Below, one piece after another: positions 58,602-64,000 of a stretch of 64,000 bases of DNA (positions are counted from its first letter, which is position 1; each line of letters begins with the position of its first letter). The DNA is from Blepharisma stoltei ATCC 30299 (Eukaryota; Protista; Ciliophora). The position numbers and the translations under genes were made by a program. Below the pieces are notes generated by a model. The model ran no database searches and was not told where the DNA came from. It worked only from the letters and a program-made list of their open reading frames with translations. The DNA lies in assembly GCA_965603825.1 (NCBI GenBank), contig CBFDEM010000056.1, positions 682,001 through 746,000 on the forward strand. The letters are read 5' to 3'.

Positions 58602-58649
58602 ATATATATTAATTAAACAAACTAAATAAGCATTTGGTTAGTAATTAGA

Positions 58650-59069
58650 TTAATAATCAGAGTCCGAGCTAGCTTGCTTTTTCACTCGTTTTTTGCCTCT
58701 TTTAGGAGCTTGATCCCAGGACTCATCGGACTCAGACTCAGATTTGGGTTCAGATTCAGAATAGTCTTCGTCAGATGGTTGGCTTTCTTCGCTTTCTTCC
58801 TCTTCTTCGTTATATGACTCTTCTTCAGAAGGAGTTTTTTGCTTTGGCTTCTTTATAATTTTTGGCTTTACATTTTGATTTGTATCACTTTCATCTGATA
58901 GGAGAACACTTTCTTCATCAGAATTCTGTATAGTCAGCTGCTTTGGCAAGAGGTTTCCGTTTAATTTGGCATCTGCAAATTCATCTTTAGCTTTTTTATT
59001 AGGAGTTCCTGTACTTGGATCGTTTTTTTCATTTTGGCGCTTAAGTGGCAATGTATTGGAACTGGACAT
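58650..59069 (-). CDS. Hypothetical acidic/basic low-complexity protein, probably nuclear
   Basis: 139 aa ORF with NLS-like KR clusters and a Glu/Ser tract; ends TAA. Confidence 0.7.
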   Translation of the reverse strand: MSSSNTLPLKRQNEKNDPSTGTPNKKAKDEFADAKLNGNLLPKQLTIQNSDEESVLLSDESDTNQNVKPKIIKKPKQKTPSEEESYNEEEEESEESQPSDEDYSESEPKSESESDESWDQAPKRGKKRVKKQASSDSDY

Positions 59070-59541
59070 AATCTTTTTATTTTATCTTCGCTAGTTTATT
59101 TATAAATTTTATATCTAATAAATTTATAATAGGGCATAATCAAATTATTTTTCTATTCTTAAAGCAGGCAATCTACTGATTTTAAACGATTTTAAAAAAT
59201 AGTCAATTTGTTGGATGAAATGCCATAGATATATAGGCGAGCCAATATTTTAAATATAAATGTATCAATTTATTTGCGATTTTTCATTTTAAACAAATTG
59301 TCAAGGTGGCATGATATGGGAACAGAAATTCAACGCTCAAGGCATACCTTCTCCTGAGTTATATCTTTGAAAAAATTATTGCATATGCGTGCTAATACTA
59401 ATAATGATAGCCACCATAAATGGTATTTTTATTCTCCAAATTTCAGATTAGATAATCAAAGTGCAATTTTTTATATTTAACATAAATGGAAAAATAAGAA
59501 GACCTTTAAATGTAATACATTAAATATTCATAGCTATGAGT

Positions 59542-60609
59542 TTATAAGCTGATTTCAAAAGTTTTCTTTTTCTTTGCAGGCTTTTTATTCCTCATAAAAC
59601 TCGGAACATAATCAACATTTCCAGCGGCTGGAGCTTTAGTTGTAGGAGTCGACGATCTCACTGAAGTGCTTCCATGTCTTAGTGAAGTTTCACTTTTTTG
59701 TGAACTCATGCTTATACTTTTCAAATTCAAAGCCTTAATTTCTTCTTTTCTTGGACTTTTCGCCAGCGGCGGTGACTCAGAGTCATTTTCTTCATCTAAA
59801 TATCCTTCATTGTTTACTGGAGGTAAAAATTCACTTTTTATCATATATGCTTCAGGCATCTGTGAAAAATTAGTTTTAAGCACTTCTGACTCAGTTGTGG
59901 ACGCTGTTTGATTCCTTCTGTTTGAAGTCTTAAATTTCGCTAAATCCAAAGCGCCTTCTTTTTGAATTTCTTCAAGTAAAATTTCATAGCTTCTCACCTT
60001 ATTCCTTAATTCATCGTTTTCATCAAGGACTGCTTGGACTTGGGTTTCTATTTGGAATCTTTGATGCTGGGCATCTTCTAGTTGCGTTTGCAGCTTAGGG
60101 ATGGTTTCTCTTTTTAGTGTGGTGTTTTCGGATCTAAGAACTTCATTTTCTTCGCGAAATTCATTTAGCTCATCTTCGTCAATGTCTTTGGTTTCAGCTT
60201 TAACTAGTAGCGCTTTGGCTTCTCTGTATTTCTCTTCAAATGTTTCTTTCATTTTATTAGCAAATTCAAGCTCATCCTTTAATTTTTCGATTTCTGCATT
60301 GTTTGATTCTTTATTTTTAAAAGACTGGCTTTCTTGCTCTTCACTTTCTCTGGAATTTTTGAGGGAGCTTAATTTGCTGTTTTTGTCTACTTGCTGTTTA
60401 ATTATTTCTTTGAGATGGACGATTTCTTCATCTTTTGCCTGAAGAAGCGCTTTAAGCTCGCTGATTTTTACTTCCATTTGGCTTACTTGGGCAACGTAAT
60501 ATTGGTTTGCACGGGTAATTGTATCTTTCTCTGATTTGAACTGCCGGAGTTCAAAGAGTTCTTTGATGATTTGCTGGTTGAGTGGAATCTCTTTAGAGAA
60601 ATCAGACAT
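59542..60609 (-). CDS. Hypothetical coiled-coil protein
   Basis: 355 aa ORF rich in E/K/L/Q heptads; ends TAA. Confidence 0.8.
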   Translation of the reverse strand: MSDFSKEIPLNQQIIKELFELRQFKSEKDTITRANQYYVAQVSQMEVKISELKALLQAKDEEIVHLKEIIKQQVDKNSKLSSLKNSRESEEQESQSFKNKESNNAEIEKLKDELEFANKMKETFEEKYREAKALLVKAETKDIDEDELNEFREENEVLRSENTTLKRETIPKLQTQLEDAQHQRFQIETQVQAVLDENDELRNKVRSYEILLEEIQKEGALDLAKFKTSNRRNQTASTTESEVLKTNFSQMPEAYMIKSEFLPPVNNEGYLDEENDSESPPLAKSPRKEEIKALNLKSISMSSQKSETSLRHGSTSVRSSTPTTKAPAAGNVDYVPSFMRNKKPAKKKKTFEISL

Positions 60610-61081
60610 ATTAATTAAATAATAATAAATTTTAAGTTAATAGGAAAGCCCTACTTAAGAAGTTGAGATTCATATCAATCAGCCTAAGGTATAGCTCCAT
60701 TTCTCAATTTATAATTAATTTCGTAATAAGCCATTTGAGTTCTTATCTTTTGGATTGAAAATCTTTCCTTAATTGATATAAATATTATTCTTTAATCTTA
60801 AAAATAGCCTTCTATAATAAAGCGACAGCTAATTATGCTTCTTTTACTAAATTTAGAGCTAAATTACATATTAAAAACCATATTTACCTTATCCTTCATC
60901 AAACCTATGCATTATTCATTCCTAGCCGCAGTTATTTATTAATAGAAACTTCAATAATTTTATGCTTATTCATAATCCACTCTCTATTCTAACTATTTCC
61001 TCATACAAATTCCATTCTTCACTACTCCAAATTCCGAGGATTAAGTAAATCTTGCGAACATATAATAAATTAGTGGTCAAA

Positions 61082-62083
61082 ATGGCAGAGGTCAAGGCTA
61101 AGAAGTACGAGTACTGGGAAACCCTCTGGAAACTAGTTGAAGAGTACCCACAAGTTTTGATCTGCGAAGCCAACAATGTTGGTAGCAACCTCTTGCAGGA
61201 CATCAGAACTAAAATCAGAGGACAAGCTGTCATGCTCTTCGGAAAGAACACACTGATTAGAGCTGGGCTTAAACACAGAATGGAAGAGCCAACTCCAGAA
61301 CAAGAAGACTACGAAAAGAGAAAAGACAAATGGTTCCCATTGGAAAGCGTCAAAGAGCTCATCCCAAATATCAAAGGCAACGTTGGCTTAATCTTCTGCA
61401 AAGGAGGAATGGACAAGATCCTTGATATCATTGAGAACTCCACCACTCCAGCCGAAGCCAAAGCTGGCACCGTCTCTCCTTGCAACGTTTTTGTGCCTCC
61501 AGGACCAACAGGTATGGATCCTTCACAGACTGCTTTCTTCCAGGCTCTTGGTATTTCAACCAAGATCGCTAAAGGCCAAATTGAAATTATCACAGAAGTC
61601 CAGGTCATTGAGAAAGGCAAGAAGGTCGGAAACAGTGAAGCTGTCCTCTTGAAAAAGCTTAACATCAAGCCATTCAAATTCGGTCTTAAAGTCACCAAGG
61701 TTTTCGACAATGGCTCAGTCTACAGTGCTGAAGTCCTCAAATTAACACCAGACATTGTAATTGAAAAATTCTTGAACGGTGTCAGAAACATCGCTGCCAT
61801 GTCTTTGGAACTTGGAATCCCAACTGCAGCTTCAGTCCCTCACTCAGTCCTTAATGGATTTAAGAATTTAGTCGGAATTGCAATTTCCATTGACTATCCA
61901 TTAAAGCAAGCACAAACCATCATTGATGTCATCAAAGATCCATCAAAACTTGCAGCTCTTCAAGCTGCCCCAACCGCAACAACCACCGCTGCCCCTCAGG
62001 AAACATCTAAGCCTGTAGAAGAAGAGAAAGAAGTTGAGGTTGATGAGGATCTTGGAGGAATGTTTGGAGATGAAGACTATTAA
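61082..62083 (+). CDS. RPLP0: 60S acidic ribosomal protein P0 (uL10)
   Basis: GKNTLIR, IKGNVGLIF, GPTGMDPSQTAFFQALGI.TKI, acidic tail DLGGMFG; start MAEVK at 61082. Confidence 0.98.
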   Translation: MAEVKAKKYEYWETLWKLVEEYPQVLICEANNVGSNLLQDIRTKIRGQAVMLFGKNTLIRAGLKHRMEEPTPEQEDYEKRKDKWFPLESVKELIPNIKGNVGLIFCKGGMDKILDIIENSTTPAEAKAGTVSPCNVFVPPGPTGMDPSQTAFFQALGISTKIAKGQIEIITEVQVIEKGKKVGNSEAVLLKKLNIKPFKFGLKVTKVFDNGSVYSAEVLKLTPDIVIEKFLNGVRNIAAMSLELGIPTAASVPHSVLNGFKNLVGIAISIDYPLKQAQTIIDVIKDPSKLAALQAAPTATTTAAPQETSKPVEEEKEVEVDEDLGGMFGDEDY

Positions 62084-62599
62084 ATAACATATTTTCACTA
62101 AAATCGAGCTTAAAAGATTATTATAAATAATTTTATTATGGAAGCAAAAATGCTGAAAAATTATTTTTTATTTATGTTTTTATTCAAAGTTATTTAACTG
62201 GCTCTGCTTTGTATATTTTATAATAATGGCAGCCATGGCTCATAATCATTTAATGCATAAATCGAATCTTAAATATAGAAATAAATTAACTGACTTAATA
62301 TTCCTTTTCAGGCCAAAATTTGTTTCAGCCAAGCTTACCTAATAGAATTTATTACAAATTAGCCAGGCAATAATTTTTCTTTATTCATTTTTGTTTACTT
62401 TTGCAAGTGTTTTAACTGCAATTGCATAGCATTAGAAAGCGATTTTTCTCTTTATAGCCTCAATTAATAGCAGTCATCTCAATTTTGGCTTATTTAGGCT
62501 AAGCATGAAATTTGTTTTTACGAATTTCTCCTAAAATCAGTGTTCACCATTTATGATAGAAGAGTATTGATCCAATAATAGCCTATATAAAATTATTAT

Positions 62600-62959
62600 A
62601 TGTCAGAGGTAACTCAAGCATCTTGTACAGGCGAATTTGATAAAAATTCGTGTATTTTTTCCCCTAAACCTAAAAGAACATCTATTCCTCCAATTCGAAG
62701 TACAATAGAAAACCCATTTTGCTCTATGTTCCAGGAAGACATCTCCAAGGAAGAAGCTCATATCCTAAATGAGCTTAATTCGATCCTTATGCAACCAGAA
62801 GTAAAAAGGCCATTTAAACTGGCTCAAACTCCATCCCCTGCATTTTGCAGGTCCCAACGACCACTTTCCCGGCATACAAGCAATCCGATGATAAACGACG
62901 TTTTATTCGAAGAAATTAACTCCAATTCATGTAACCTACCAACATATGTTTTTACTTAG
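62600..62959 (+). CDS. Hypothetical protein
   Basis: 119 aa ORF; R..NPMIND..F motif; ends TAG. Confidence 0.6.
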   Translation: MSEVTQASCTGEFDKNSCIFSPKPKRTSIPPIRSTIENPFCSMFQEDISKEEAHILNELNSILMQPEVKRPFKLAQTPSPAFCRSQRPLSRHTSNPMINDVLFEEINSNSCNLPTYVFT

Positions 62960-63667
62960 ATAATAAACTAAAATTTTTCAATTAGCTTTTAATCCTTGTG
63001 CAGTTCTGGAAATGTAATTCTGAGCAAAACAATTGGAATATGGTAGGGATTGGACAGAAAGAAAAGAAAGATGATGAAATGTGGATGCCTAAAAGAGCAA
63101 AATAAAGCTTAGATTAAGAAATATAAAAACACAAAGAGCAAGGGGACTTAGAAAATAATCTATAATTGCTATTTTGCAACAAAAGCAATAATTAGAAAAA
63201 TAAATTGACATTCACAATGTTGAAAGAAAAATATTTTAGATATTTAAAAATATGATGTGTTTCTTATCGTTATATGTAAATTTGATAGGATAAAAACTAT
63301 TAGCAGAAGTAATTAAGCAATTATGGAATGATGAAAGTTACGTGAAAATTCAAATAGGGATGAAAATTAATTCTTATAAACCAAAAGGCTTAGTAAATAA
63401 AAGTAGTTTTAAGTTTGAAATATCAATTTAAAATTAAGCCACTCTCATTTGCAAAAGAAGTACTTAAAAATTTGATTCGAATGATTAAAATTGATTGAGA
63501 GATATAGACTCCTAGCCTTTAATTATGCTTTGCGTACAAATAAAATATATTAGCTAAATGATTCCTTCACTGATTAGAATAAGTAGTTTTTGCACTCCTT
63601 AAGTTAATGCATCTCCATTATCATGCCTCCAAAAAAACTCCCCTTTAAATAAATAGCCATAATCGAT

Positions 63668-64000
63668 TTATTCCGAATAAAAAAACTTAAGATTTTCCAA
63701 TTTTAATCCTATTTCTTTACTATTTTCCAATTCACTCACTGCCATCTTGCAAATAAAAATGAAATTAGGCTTTGAAATACAGGACATCGGGTATCCCGAT
63801 ATTGCACATGCATCGCCGCCAGAGTTGTATTTTCATCAAGCTCAGCATTTTCTTTTTCAAAAGAACTTAGACATGGCTTTAAGGTGCTTTGACTTAGTTT
63901 GTCACTTAGCTCCGACAAATCCATCATATTGGATTGCATATGCAGAGTGCTTAAAGCTGGCAAACTGTTCCAATGACTCTTTAAGAGCCTATTTAGCTGC
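63668..64000 (-). CDS. 3' end of a gene running off the window; frame ambiguous
   Basis: Two minus frames stay open with TGA=Trp: one to TAG 63709, one to TAA 63668. The second follows an acceptor-like GCTAAATAG ending at 63989. Confidence 0.4.

Overview
Gene-dense, AT-rich eukaryotic sequence that reads as a heterotrich ciliate (Blepharisma-like) somatic genome. In-frame TGA encodes Trp: it sits at conserved Trp positions and swaps with TGG between paralogs. TAA and TAG remain stops. The few introns seen are tiny GT-AG introns (three of 15 nt, one apparently 19 nt). The supplied standard-code ORF track therefore fragments or misses many genes. Re-read with TGA=Trp, the window holds about 50 mostly intronless CDSs with very short spacers. 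Recognisable genes include actin, an actin-like paralog, an ANTH/AP180 adaptor, archaemetzincin, a PX protein, a CBL-type calcium sensor, a 7TM-RGS fusion, RNase Z, ADA2, V-ATPase subunit d, PKA-C, NOP10, RPS4, RPL6, IST1, QCR6, a PP4R1-like HEAT protein and RPLP0. Tandem arrays include 2 Cys-rich GPI-type surface proteins, 4 S10 carboxypeptidases, 4 uncharacterised two-TM Cys-loop proteins, 2 Mpv17/PMP22 genes and 2 kelch genes. The best leads are the hidden four-copy two-TM family, the 7TM-RGS, a candidate H/ACA snoRNA with a plausible LSU rRNA target, a 19-nt intron containing a decoy 15-nt acceptor, and apparent TGA avoidance in housekeeping genes. All family calls come from recalled motifs; no searches were run.
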